Positions 44,101-54,100 of a stretch of 64,000 nucleotides of DNA are shown in pieces. The position numbers and the translations under genes are program-made. The stretch comes from Andalucia godoyi And28 (lineage: Eukaryota; Protista; Jakobida). The stretch's first letter is position 1, and every line of letters starts with the position of its first letter. The notes beneath the pieces are model-generated. The model made no database searches, was not told where the DNA came from, and saw nothing but the letters and a program-made list of their open reading frames with translations. Where the stretch lies: NCBI GenBank assembly GCA_009859145.1, contig VRVR01000024.1:56896-120895 (forward strand), given 5' to 3'.

Positions 44101-45416
44101 GATATTCTGCAGCTCTTCTGCATGATCTCGAAAGCTCCATTTCTGAGTCAGCAATGATTGAACAGAAACTGAGCTTTGAGCGTATCCGCAAAAAAGGTCT
44201 TTCCTCACCATTCAGCATTTTGTCCACATTGTTTGAACAGTTCAATGTTGTTCCAACGAGGCCATTCACAGATTTTGTAACGTCTGTTTTGCCCGATGCG
44301 TGGATGGCTCTTCGAAACAGTGGCAGAGGCGAAGAGTCAACGGACGACTCTAAAAACCAGACAACCCATGAAGTTCCTACAGTCGACGTGAACGCCAGAA
44401 TATGTATGTCTGCTCTCGCCGGCCCTGCAATTGTGGAATTTGCTCCGTCGTCATTTTCATGTAGGCTGTCTCCTGTCTATGTTCCCAACCCGCTGATTCG
44501 ATTGGGTTTGTACAACAAGGTGTTTGAAAAGGAGCGATGTGCGGATCTTGCAGTTCTTCACGAAGTATCTCGATTGCTACACGCCGAGTTTGGCCCACTC
44601 GACGAATCTGCTTGTGTGTTGTTGAATTTTGCGCTGCTGGGTGCGTTGGCAGAGGCTGTCGGATTACAGCGTGTTGTGATTGGTAATGATTATGTTTTGT
44701 ACAAACCGAATTTCGTTCGGGAGTCACTCTCTTCTGACTTGTACGACGATGTGTCCTTGAGGCGTCCAGGAGGGGATATGAAGCCCGGTGATAGTTTTGC
44801 GGAATCTGAATATGGAAAGGACGATACGAAAAAAAGTCTCAAGACCAAGCGCAATCATAGTTCTTTGTTCGTCACCGTTTCTGAAAAATCGGAGATGTTT
44901 CACGCTTTTGACAACTCCATTTCTCGTACTTTGCCCATGTCTGGAACTGAAGTTGCGCACCCAGTTCCTCAGTCTATTCATCTGGATGTTCTTGTGAAAT
45001 CCCTTCGCCAGGTGCTTGAAGTGAAGGACGACAATTCCTGCCTGAGCGACTCTGTCGATTTCAGTTTCGCGTCTTCGGTTGCCCCGAACGACCCTTTTGA
45101 AATCGGTCAGCCCATCGACCAGGGTCCAACTGTGCGACTCGAAACATTTCCTCCGTTAATTGGAGGTGAAGATGCAGAAGCAGCCATGTTGAAAGCCACA
45201 CACGCCACGTTGCGTGAGAATGCCCTTCGAAATGGGAGCAGGACGATTTCTGCGTATTTCGATTATGCTAGTGGCGGATTTCGCGAACGCGTCTCATTTT
45301 CGGATGCTGGGACCGCGGTCCAGCATGTATTCTCTATTCTTGTGAAAGTTGGGGAGTTGGCAAACGTTCCTGTTGCTCAGTACTCTCTGTGGACTCCGGA
45401 ATCGAGGAATGTGTAA
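41196..45416 (+). CDS. mfd: Mfd/TRCF-like SF2 translocase homologue with a mitochondrial-type presequence and degenerate motor motifs (1406 aa)
   Basis: WTADQ, Walker A GRDGTGK (42483-42503), Mfd-like RIGHLSRL and FENLGLLILDEEQ (DEEQ at 42795), TRG-like region and TRCF-like YVPNPLIRLGLYNKV...EFGPL (about 44466-44700). N-terminus MFCRARLAF...RVVRRLQSS. Confidence 0.78.
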   Translation: MFCRARLAFCGQNQQLVNRVVRRLQSSASSPKYFVITSKGTVGHSKVRGEKGSRVEPVPPLAEVYASFLSPQAALDVSRLFQKYSLFVRCLPGDSAIHLDYGVCRFLGLSPSSTSRMDPADDSDALWLGFINGFASLGAEKVSRFFRFASPGAKSLPSSFRNVGWINRTTRIMNVISVQAHSLVELYLYSNLVLCKPFDCSFVFLSPEEASRPPLSVLYDFCDFIPYLTFDSISKLEAEGIYELIEKKAFPAVHDMPRMGRRTRDCVKELGVESPSLLLQRMEDVGCFGFEDLIIHMLSRKASHIGRFLSELYDKCLTMIKLVDVVDRVNQAAMVDSQYVSFLNYLEKRCVSPSGVVLKVPSLGCDVKHLTNSERAYWYQRFIRFGLCGWDVSDQPNVVSYKWTADQEHVFTSVINCLNSTACQRFVVSGRDGTGKREVMDRMIAAVVLSGQQVVVLSATSIRCREHVLRLNERFRKSIPGIRIGHLSRLAHSEDQEQTKADLQSGELNLLISTPLLFRDPQHSFENLGLLILDEEQGMSLDPKVYGVPDLKVGVRSVSFTSHRLSGESLSLVQRFCTYFELNELSCPSAESIHAYSKNVLSMLRRECGEPFLTMLFPEVMPGDYEDSPQDTHGPQHNEPLQTSPMRIHSHSEHVDLVLMDRSDDNIRKIVLSEPTVRVVVPCSRVLASATSRYKRIFADHTSFRIVSPGSLTMDKNERDFADFARGWARLAITPSFPSWVGATPKCRLILIDSGESLSPITFSQIIESVESSRLQAFRETFDLFGPLGSSEPLPANMTLIRDVLSSWKRIHEGPEGEKYYPISPFNVIRSLLMKPQIVFLTSFQDAKQVTAMRTYASLLDANMYGRHHGDVEATVVAHFLGTEYFRQYQAGSAVFLALLPEMIREVLLKLSSSPETVSSLLAKCRWRLLEVWNSAGQKMPGIGLKTENRKMGFHGPESDVSDSNAALRYSAALLHDLESSISESAMIEQKLSFERIRKKGLSSPFSILSTLFEQFNVVPTRPFTDFVTSVLPDAWMALRNSGRGEESTDDSKNQTTHEVPTVDVNARICMSALAGPAIVEFAPSSFSCRLSPVYVPNPLIRLGLYNKVFEKERCADLAVLHEVSRLLHAEFGPLDESACVLLNFALLGALAEAVGLQRVVIGNDYVLYKPNFVRESLSSDLYDDVSLRRPGGDMKPGDSFAESEYGKDDTKKSLKTKRNHSSLFVTVSEKSEMFHAFDNSISRTLPMSGTEVAHPVPQSIHLDVLVKSLRQVLEVKDDNSCLSDSVDFSFASSVAPNDPFEIGQPIDQGPTVRLETFPPLIGGEDAEAAMLKATHATLRENALRNGSRTISAYFDYASGGFRERVSFSDAGTAVQHVFSILVKVGELANVPVAQYSLWTPESRNV

Positions 45417-47347
45417 TCTGCAAGGCGTCTCGTTTCGTTTTTTAATACACGAAAACAGCACAGACGCGCTAAAACATCTTCCATATAAAAATCGCTGTCG
45501 AAGCCGAATAGAAACGTTCAGTCTCCCCCTGTTGGTGTTCCGAGAGACAGGGTGCGACAACAAAGCGCAACAATTCGCAAAACTCCTGCGAACAATGAAA
45601 GACAAACAGAACATTCTGAGAAACAGTGAGCATCCAAAGACATATCCTGACGAAAGCAATTGCGGAAAATCCGAACAAAACAAGAAAGAAGACGAGGTTA
45701 AAGAAAACAGGAAAAGAGCACCAAAGAAAAAAATCAAACTGTAAACTCTAACGACTGACACCAGTCACTTGGGTTCAAGAACTGCAACAGCACCAGCAGC
45801 CCACGACAATCGCGCCCACGCGGCCACCAGCCCGCGAGATCGGCCGAATGGGAAGAACAGAGGGAATATCCTAGAAAATGCGATCCTGCCGCAGGGAGTG
45901 CTACAATGGTGAAAACCGCAACAGATGTGTTCGCTGTCCGCAAAAGGTGGAACGTGCACATTTGGAAAGAGGATCTTATAGTTATGCATCCAATAAAAGA
46001 TATAACCGGGAAATATAAAAGACGGTTTGTGTCAGTAAGATGCTTTCTGGAGAAAAACAAAACAAACAAATCACCAACTAATCCAACAACTACTTTAATA
46101 TGAAATCGAAGTAATGCTCCTCTGTAACCTCAAACATCATGACGTATCCCTCGTAAAGTACATATGTCATACCAAAAAATCCCTACAAACCAATACGACA
46201 TCGTACCCTGGCGCAGTTGACAGCAATCCGTTGAGTCACTGTTTGTCAACGGATTTCCAGTGCATCTGCAGTCGAAAACAACGCACCGGACTTTAGTCAA
46301 ATGTCAGGATGCTGCTGTCAAATGCGAGTCTGCATTGCAGTAAACACCGCACACATCTGCAGTGGAATCCTGTCGCAACGGAATGACTTATCAATTCGAT
46401 GGAGAAACCCAATGAAGCACATCGCGGCGGCATTTCTGCATTTTCGGCCATTTCGTGGATCCGTCTGAAAAGTATGCTGCTTGCGTGAGGAAAATCGAAC
46501 CTCTCCTGCGCTTCTTCTGAACGTTTGTCGAAGTTCATGGGGAAGCAGGAGTAATGATGACTGGAAAAGAATAAACGGACGTTCAGAACAAATCGACAGT
46601 CAGATTCTTCAATCAACATCTCGCTGAGAAGTTCATTTCGGCTAGAATTATAACAGCGAACTTCGCCAAAAGCATTGCTAGCGTTTCACGGAATGCTGAA
46701 CGTTCATTATGAACACTAGCTTCATTGGAAAAACTTGCACTTTTATGTCGGTCAAAAGTCAAATTGGGATAGGATGCTTTTGATTTGTCGTTCTAAAGGT
46801 TCTTTGAAAAAATGTCAGCTTTTTCGGTGCACTACTGGCTGTGTCGTTGAATGCAGCTCCAGTGCATCATCCAGACGAGTATTCATGGTCCACGCAGATC
46901 GACTCAGTAAAAATGAAAGACGCCTTTTGTTTTGACAACGTGGTTTGATGAGGATTCGAAAATGCATTGTTTCACACTTACCTGCAAGTTTACGTGTTCA
47001 GTTTTGTATTCTGCATTTTGACTCTTCTTGCCTTTCTGTGTGAGACTAAGGCTGTGAATGCTACCCAAATAACTCTGTTTTTCTTTGCAGTACCGCTGTC
47101 TCTGTAGAGCCATTACTCACCGTACGTTTGGCACGTCTGCGGAAGAATCGTTGATTCCTGTGCTGATTCAGCGTGTCGCATCATCAAGCGTTTGCTGTTC
47201 GCTGCGAACGGACGAGTTCTTCGGTTTTTCTTTGTTCTTGTTCGTCTGACGGCAGTTGATCTGATACTATCCAACCATCGATTCGTATGATCTTCGCGCA
47301 GCGTCGACGACGAGATGCAAGATCTTTGATAGCATTTTCGTGGGTTT

Positions 47348-49034
47348 TTATTCCAGCTTTGTGGCAGAAACAATGTTAAATCGACGATACAAGATCACTC
47401 CCGCCATGGAGAATGCATGAGAAGCAACGAACGCACACAGTGGCAAAAGACACACGGCTGAGAAAAGTTGACCGCGAACTATCAAAGATCGGATGAACAT
47501 GTCCCATTGCCCAGTCACAAATGAAGTTCCGACGAGCAGAATGATATCGAAGCAAAATGCAAGATAGGAACTTAATTGCAACTCTGCAATTAAGTCAGGG
47601 GAAAAGATCATGGAAAAGAAGTAGGATGTCAAGAATGACGCAACCATGTGGAATACACTAAAAATCTGCAGGATTCGCTGAGAAGCCAAAGCAAACGGTG
47701 CAGCCAAACATGTGAATCCGAGAACGACCAACCAAAACAGTACGGAGGGCAGCACACCCTTGAGAAGCAAACCGATTTTGTTAGACGGAACACTTAGGCC
47801 ACCGTCCACAGCCGCAGCTGTTAGAAACAATGTCCAAGGAATCACGGCAAGCGAAGAAAAACGGAATGCCAAGAGCAAAGCCGAAGAACAGAGCAAGATT
47901 GCAATCAAGAGAAATCTCAAGATGAACCGGGAATACTTTGGCACGTGTACAAGAGATGAGAGAGCGAGATCGATTCCGAGAAAGAAGCAGAGAGATGACG
48001 TCCAAGTGATACCAGAGACGAACACATCGTTTCTTTCAAGGTCAATCTTTTCGCCAAATGCCAATAATGCTGAAATATAAAACGTCGATTCCAAATCAGT
48101 AGCAAACGCCGCTGTGTTGGCAGAAACATACGGGGAATCAACGCTGCCCCCAGAAGGTGCCAAACGCACACATGAGCGAATGTAGTCCAATGACTGTGAA
48201 GGGATGTTCATGTTTTCCGACAGCAGAATATACACGCCTTGCGCTGTGCTCAGACAATCTGTACCAACGAGATCCACAGCTGAATTGGAAGGACGAGGCG
48301 CAAAGCCCCCATCAAAACCGTAATGGAGCTCCAAGAAATTTAAAACGTAATCGCGCGGAGTAGGGCAAGAAAGTTTCAATGTTTTTCGAAGGTAATAAAA
48401 CCGCCAAGTATGCAGCAATGATGGAGTTTCAGATTGCCTGTTAAACACACCGCCACTTCGAACAGAAACCTTCGTCCCCAACGCATCGCACAGAGCTGCC
48501 TCTTCAATTTCACCGACCTGTGACAAATTGGAGAGGCTCATTACGACATAGAATACATCATCGAATGAAAAGGGCCATTCGAAATTCACAATCTTGAGAT
48601 ACTTCTTTTTGAGACCTTCGGGAATGTTCGCCGGAATCCTCGAACCAGTGTAACGAACCACGGATGTCCACAGGTAAGTATCTCGATCATTCAGGGACGT
48701 TGCAGACGGGAGTTGTTTGGCAAGAGTCTGCGTAAACTGCTCGCTGACCCCGGAGACATTCAGAGCCGACAACGCGCCGGCAACCACACCCGCATATTCT
48801 GTGAGGAGCGTGGAACAGTAAGTTAAAACGAAAGATATATATGCATAGAAACAGGAACATACGAAGATTGGGAGGAGGCAGAAAGAGTCTTATGCCTTTT
48901 TCTAGGTTGTGAACAAATGACAACGGATCCGGGTTGTAGAAGCGTGCATTGTACAGCACAATGGAAGCGAAAACTGCGGCTAAAGAGACTGACAAAAGCC
49001 GCCGATTTTCTAGAGCGCTTTTCGCTTTCGGCAT
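47348..49034 (-). CDS. Hypothetical multi-pass membrane protein with a luminal helical-repeat domain; intron 48862-48799
   Basis: Exon 1 (49034-48863) encodes an N-terminal signal/anchor. Splicing the GTATGT...CAG intron joins it in frame to the 479-aa ORF. The C-terminal half has about six hydrophobic segments. Confidence 0.72.
48799..48862 (-). other. Spliceosomal intron (64 nt)
   Basis: GTATGT donor, TTTAAC branch-like site, CTCACAG acceptor; phase 1 on both sides. Confidence 0.8.
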
Positions 49035-49460
49035 GAGCGGTGTCCAGCTTTCGTGATTGTTTCTTTCTTCCTCTGAGAAGTGCGTTTCAGTCTTGGTCTG
49101 TGCCAGCGTCGTTCTTTTTCCACCTCTAAACCAACGGAGCCCAGCCAACCTCAACTCGGCTGAACGCCTCAATCAAATTTCGAGAAACTCGAACTGCAAC
49201 AATAAAAATAAATATGGAAGGACGTGAATCCCTGGAGTGGACTCCCCTGTCCCTTTTGACTGAAACTTTTCCGACAATCGCTGCTCTTGTTCGCAGCGTT
49301 TCAAAAATTCAGCTGCCTTCTCCAGGCTTGTTTTTCTCCATGTGCCTTTTTTTACGTTAATGGTTTCGTGAAAATTGGAACCAAAGGAATTTGGTCGCTG
49401 CCGTTCTCGGGCTGTGTTGTCTCCTCAATCTGGAGTGGTGCCTAGTAGCACATTTTGTTC

Positions 49461-50741
49461 TCAAAGGCTTGGAGAAAGATCCATTTCCCATTCTTTGTAT
49501 TTATCCAGGATGACTCTTGCTTTTTCGTCGCCCTCGTGAACACCGTCGAGGATTTGGTGTGAATCCACTGGGATCATTTTCAGACACTGCACAAAAAACG
49601 GATGTGCATGCTTGAACGTTGCATTAACGTGTTCTTTCGTGATGCGGTTCGCGGCTTGAATCAGTTGCTGATAAAACGGGGAACCGAGCACATCGGCCAC
49701 ATCGGTCACATCGGTTTGGTTCAACATATCATTGTTGAAGGATGTGTCTGACATCCTCTCCTTCCATTTTCCACACATGTGCACAGTCGTTCGCGGATGA
49801 TCTCCGCTAAAAAGAAGACCCCATTGCAGATCAGCAGCGTCGCGCCACGCAGCATTTCCATAGATTGTGCCAGCCACTGTGTCAATGTCATTTCGTATCA
49901 ACAGTGGCATTGGAACGGGGAAATTTCTCATGCTCGATCCCGTCGAAAAAACGGAGTACGGGTACAGTCAAGGTTCCGCAACTAATGGAATAACCATGAC
50001 GTTCGCTAGTATGAGAGGAACTAATACCAAGTCCCGGAAATCGTCCAAAACTTTCGTTACAGACACGGTATTGCAAAGGGTGGGCACTTCATCAGCAACC
50101 AAGACGCAGACGGCACCCCCTTTTTTCCGGGTCTGCTTTGTACTTCAGATATGCCTCCATAAAATTTTCCCGAGCTCTTGTGCAGCAGGAAACACCTACA
50201 TGCCGACAGAACGTGCTTCATGGTCGACCCCCTCCACATAACCAGTACAAAGAGATGAAAGAAGAAAACTTCTGGGGTGGGCTTTTCCTCTTATAGTCCC
50301 CCTGAATTTCGTTCTGTTATTGAATGAAACGCATAACGATAAAATGAACTCTGAAGCCAAACTAGGGTCGAGAAGCGAATCTAAACGACTTTCTTCGATC
50401 TCAGTGAGCAGTCTAGATTTCCATGCCCCAGGTGCAGCGATGGATGTGACAACGACACGCGTCGATTTGTCTCGAATCATGCTCTTGGTGTAGGATTTCT
50501 CACATGTGTCAGGGGACCACTGCGACCGAACAGAAGGGTGCATTTTGAGTCTGACGGCCCTAGCAGCAGGCGCTTTCGTGTCCTCAGTTGCAGCGATTGA
50601 TGCAACTGGAGATACGAGAGTAGGAAGAGGCGGTAGGCGTAGTGACACGCGGTCTCTTAGGAGGTCTGCGGGACCTAGGAGGCCCTGTATCGAGCGGAGT
50701 AGGCGTAGGCGAATGCGTCGTCCCAGCGCACTCACGCCCAT
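49461..50741 (-). pseudogene. Decayed copy 2: Crinkler/RHS-type (CR-NTPase/STAND-like) P-loop NTPase pseudogene
   Basis: One unbroken frame from ATG 50741 with stops at 50198 (TAG), 50147 (TGA) and 49970 (TGA). It contains a broken Walker A (AAPGAWKS), LCVSFNN, Walker B CVLVADE and SGDHPR. Confidence 0.7.
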
Positions 50742-50870
50742 ATTTGAATAAAAGAGTGAAATCAACGAATGATGGAATAGATGGCTATGGATGCTCCGTT
50801 AAAGAGTGTCGAAAATGCGGAGCCTGTGTCGCAGGCTGAATTCTGGCCGAGCGTGCGTAAGCACGAATTT
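50532..50870 (+). repeat. Dispersed direct repeat, copy 2
   Basis: See copy 1; same orientation, about 9.9 kb downstream. Confidence 0.92.
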
Positions 50871-51145
50871 CAACGGTACACTGCCGTACGAGTTTTTGCC
50901 AGTTGTAGAGGCCATCTTTCCCTGTTTGGGAACTTGGAGGGGGGAATTGGAAAGGCTTTTCTTTTTTTTGAGGGCCTCCTCCCCACCCCTCCCCCCTTCT
51001 TTCTGTTTGTCGTTCCCTTCCTTCATTTCGAACGCCATAATTATAGTACAGAAATCAAGATATTTCCTTCAATCGTTCCAATCTTCGACTTGACACGCAT
51101 TGCTGCGGGACGTTGATATCGAATCCTTCATTTTGTTGGGAAAGA

Positions 51146-54100
51146 ATGAACGACGACGACGATTCTGTCTGGCTTGTCACACCGGATTCCTCTCGTGCGT
51201 CGTCCCCGGTTGATGACACAAAGATGTTGGATGATCGACAGAAAGATTCCGCTCCCCGAAGGCTTGTTGGATATTCCGCTCCAAAAGACGTTGTGGAAGA
51301 CTGGGATAACGATTTCTTGATTGAGAAGAGCTTGAAAGAACCCGAAGACGACGATAGGTCGTCCCTTGTGTTGTTTCTGAATGGCCCTCCGAGTTCTGCG
51401 CCGGGGATAATGTCCGATGGCAAGTCTTTGTTCTCGGACATCGTGTTCATCCTTACATCTTCGAGTTTTTCGAACAGACACACGGATTCTCAGGATTCTG
51501 ATGTTCTTTTTTCAAACTTTCTTGAAGAATGTGAAGATGATCCCAAATACACGGACCTGTCATGGACGCTGCCAATATATTTTGGTCACGAGTTTTCTTT
51601 TGCAGATAAGGATTATATTGAACCTGATGGGGAGAAAGCGGAATGGCAGTATGAGTTGGCGCGTGCTAGGTACGAAAAGGACGTTTCTTCTGGAGTGAAC
51701 AGAAGTGCTTTGTTTTCCGCAGTCGCAGAACTGCTGCGAACGAGGCGCGGCAGCGTTTGGAAAGAGATATCTTCCATACAAGGACTGTGTTCATGTGAAA
51801 GATCGTGGTCTCTTTGTCAGCATGTTGTATGGCTGCAGCACACTCACACTCAATGGGATGCCGATGCTTTTTCTGAAGCCGAGGCTTTGTTGCAGAATTG
51901 TTGCAGATGTCTTTTTCGGCCTGTATCGGAAAGAGAACTTCTTTTGGTGAAGCTGTGGCAAGCAGCAGTGACGAAGGATCGTGATATTCGCTCTTTGGAA
52001 TCATTATTGCAGCTGTTGAAGTCCTTCTTTGAGAATGTCAAAGACGTTCCTCCACAGGCAATTTTCTTCCAGTTTCCATTCTCTCCTCGGGTCTCCGGCA
52101 TCGCTGCGATATCTCTTTCAACGTTGTTTTTAGTCAGATTTGGAAGTGAATCCAAGGACAAGAGCGTCTCATCGGATGTTGTGCGGGCTTCTACTCGCAG
52201 TTTGTGCATTCGTCTTATCGAGTATGTGCACGAGGATCCGGTTTCCGTCTTCAGCTCGCTTGTCCGAAGAGTTGTCCTTGCCATTCACAGAGAATCGTTT
52301 CCTCTTGAGACGAGCGTGTCTTCTGTTGATGAAGAATTCAAAGAGGATGATTGGGATGTGTCTTCTGAGGAAATGCCAAACGATCGACCGTCTTTGTCTG
52401 CGCTGCTGAATGCTGTATTAACTGTCTCCGATGAGGACGACGTTTCCCGTGCGTGCACGAAAGACGGAAAGTCCAGAGATTTGGAGATCCAAGACGAGGA
52501 TTTTGTATGGAGTGATAGTAGACTCTGCCTTTTCCCTTCATTTTTGGACCCTTCCACCGTTTTTGGACAAGACAGCAGTCGCTGGATTGGGCAAAAGGAC
52601 AATTTTACTTCTACGCTCCCTTCTGTGAACATTCTTCGGATTCCTCGGCCTCCACATGCAGCACATTTGCGGAGTTTACGTCCTGCCAATTTCGAAAAGT
52701 TTCTTCGTTCATTTGCTCGGGTTCCGCCGTATGGTCAGTTAACGGATTCGCAGAAAGATCTGTTGGCAATGTCCTCCAGTGATTTGGAAGTTCAAAAAAT
52801 CGACATCAGGGTCAGAAGCGAGTTGTCGTATCTTGATACGTTTTCTCTTGAATGGGCTTCGTTCTTCATGGACGCTGCTAGGCTTTATGCGGCTCGTCGA
52901 AACCTCTACTTCCTTTCGAAGTTGCTGGATCTGTTTTTTGATTCCTGGATTGCATACAATGAGTCTGCAACTGGTGACGAGGATCATTTGTGGCAGATGT
53001 CAGTCCTGGGCGGTCATTTGTTGGAGGAATACGCCTCATTCGTTTTGCAATGGCCGACGGATGTTGCTGTCTCTTCTTCGAGTGGAGGAGGGCTTGACTT
53101 GTTGTCTGGAGTAATTGAGAAGTTGACTATATTATCAGACCGGCTATGCGTCATTATTCCTCTGCGGCCGTATTTCTTGCTAATGAAGGCACGGGTTATG
53201 GCTCACCAAGCCTTTAACGCTGCTGACACTGTGGTGGAAGACGTAGTTGCCATAATTATCGATGTTTTGCAGAACAGACTAGACGAGGATTTGAATGATA
53301 CTCAACTGCGACTGGAATATAGCTGTATTGCGGTTTCCGATTTGTGCATTCTTGCGTCCGGGCGATCTCCGTTGACGCTATGTTCTGCTTCCAGTACGAC
53401 GAGACCTGTTAGTAGTCGAAGATTTTCTACAGTAGTCTTACCAACCAGTGCATCGCCGCACAATTCTGCATCGTACGGGTCGTTTTCTGAAAGTTCGGAA
53501 ACTTCTGAAGAAGTTGCGGATTTCCTTGTCGCCCAAGCTCTTGAGTATTTTTCAAACTCTCGATGGGCTCAGGAGGAAAATCGACTGCGTTTTCTTCGTG
53601 ATTCTCTTCCACTTTTGCCTTCAGGTATCTGTCGTGCTCGCGTAGCGTTCGTTTTGTCGCTGTGTGCACCAACTTCTGCGTCGTCGGAGTCATACATCTT
53701 TGAGTCGACTGTGCTTTGTCACATTCTGTCCGTGGATGCCGCTGTAGAAGAAAGGAACAGAGAATTTTCTTTTTCTCCTAATGCAGATAGCGGAAAAACC
53801 TTCAGTTTTCAAGGAAGGTCAAGCGTTTACTCGAAGCTCGACTGTGGCGTGGATTTTGATGTGCCAACTTTCTCTCCTCTAGTTCCATTCCGATTCTTAA
53901 CCGCACCTTTGTATTCTCCATCATTTTTATCTGGCATCCTTCCTTTGTTCTGCAAGGTTCTTATGTCGTTTGGTGATAAGTATGTGTATGCTTCCGCTTT
54001 GTATGAATCTGTTTTGATAATGCGTGCACAGCTATTTGGTTCACGGCTGTCTTTTCCCAGTACACCGTCGCCGACGAATTCCGTGGTGTCTGTGGATCCT

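Noticed and set aside
41196-45416. RecG as the identity of the large SF2 protein
   Set aside because: RecG shares the motor but lacks the C-terminal TRCF-like domain and the RID-like segment seen here. It remains the main alternative until a profile search is run.
45349-45744. 131-aa ORF overlapping the end of the Mfd-like gene
   Set aside because: No motif, it overlaps the upstream CDS, and its K/E-rich tail comes from A-rich low-complexity DNA.
49461-50741. Stop-codon reassignment or selenocysteine to explain the in-frame stops
   Set aside because: TAA, TAG and TGA all terminate conserved genes in this window. The Walker A motif is also broken and the second copy is frameshifted, so pseudogenisation is simpler.
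40602-50870. A 10-kb LTR element or composite transposon
   Set aside because: No gag, RT, integrase or transposase; no TG...CA ends or target-site duplication seen; the repeats are 5' ends of a gene family with a divergent middle.
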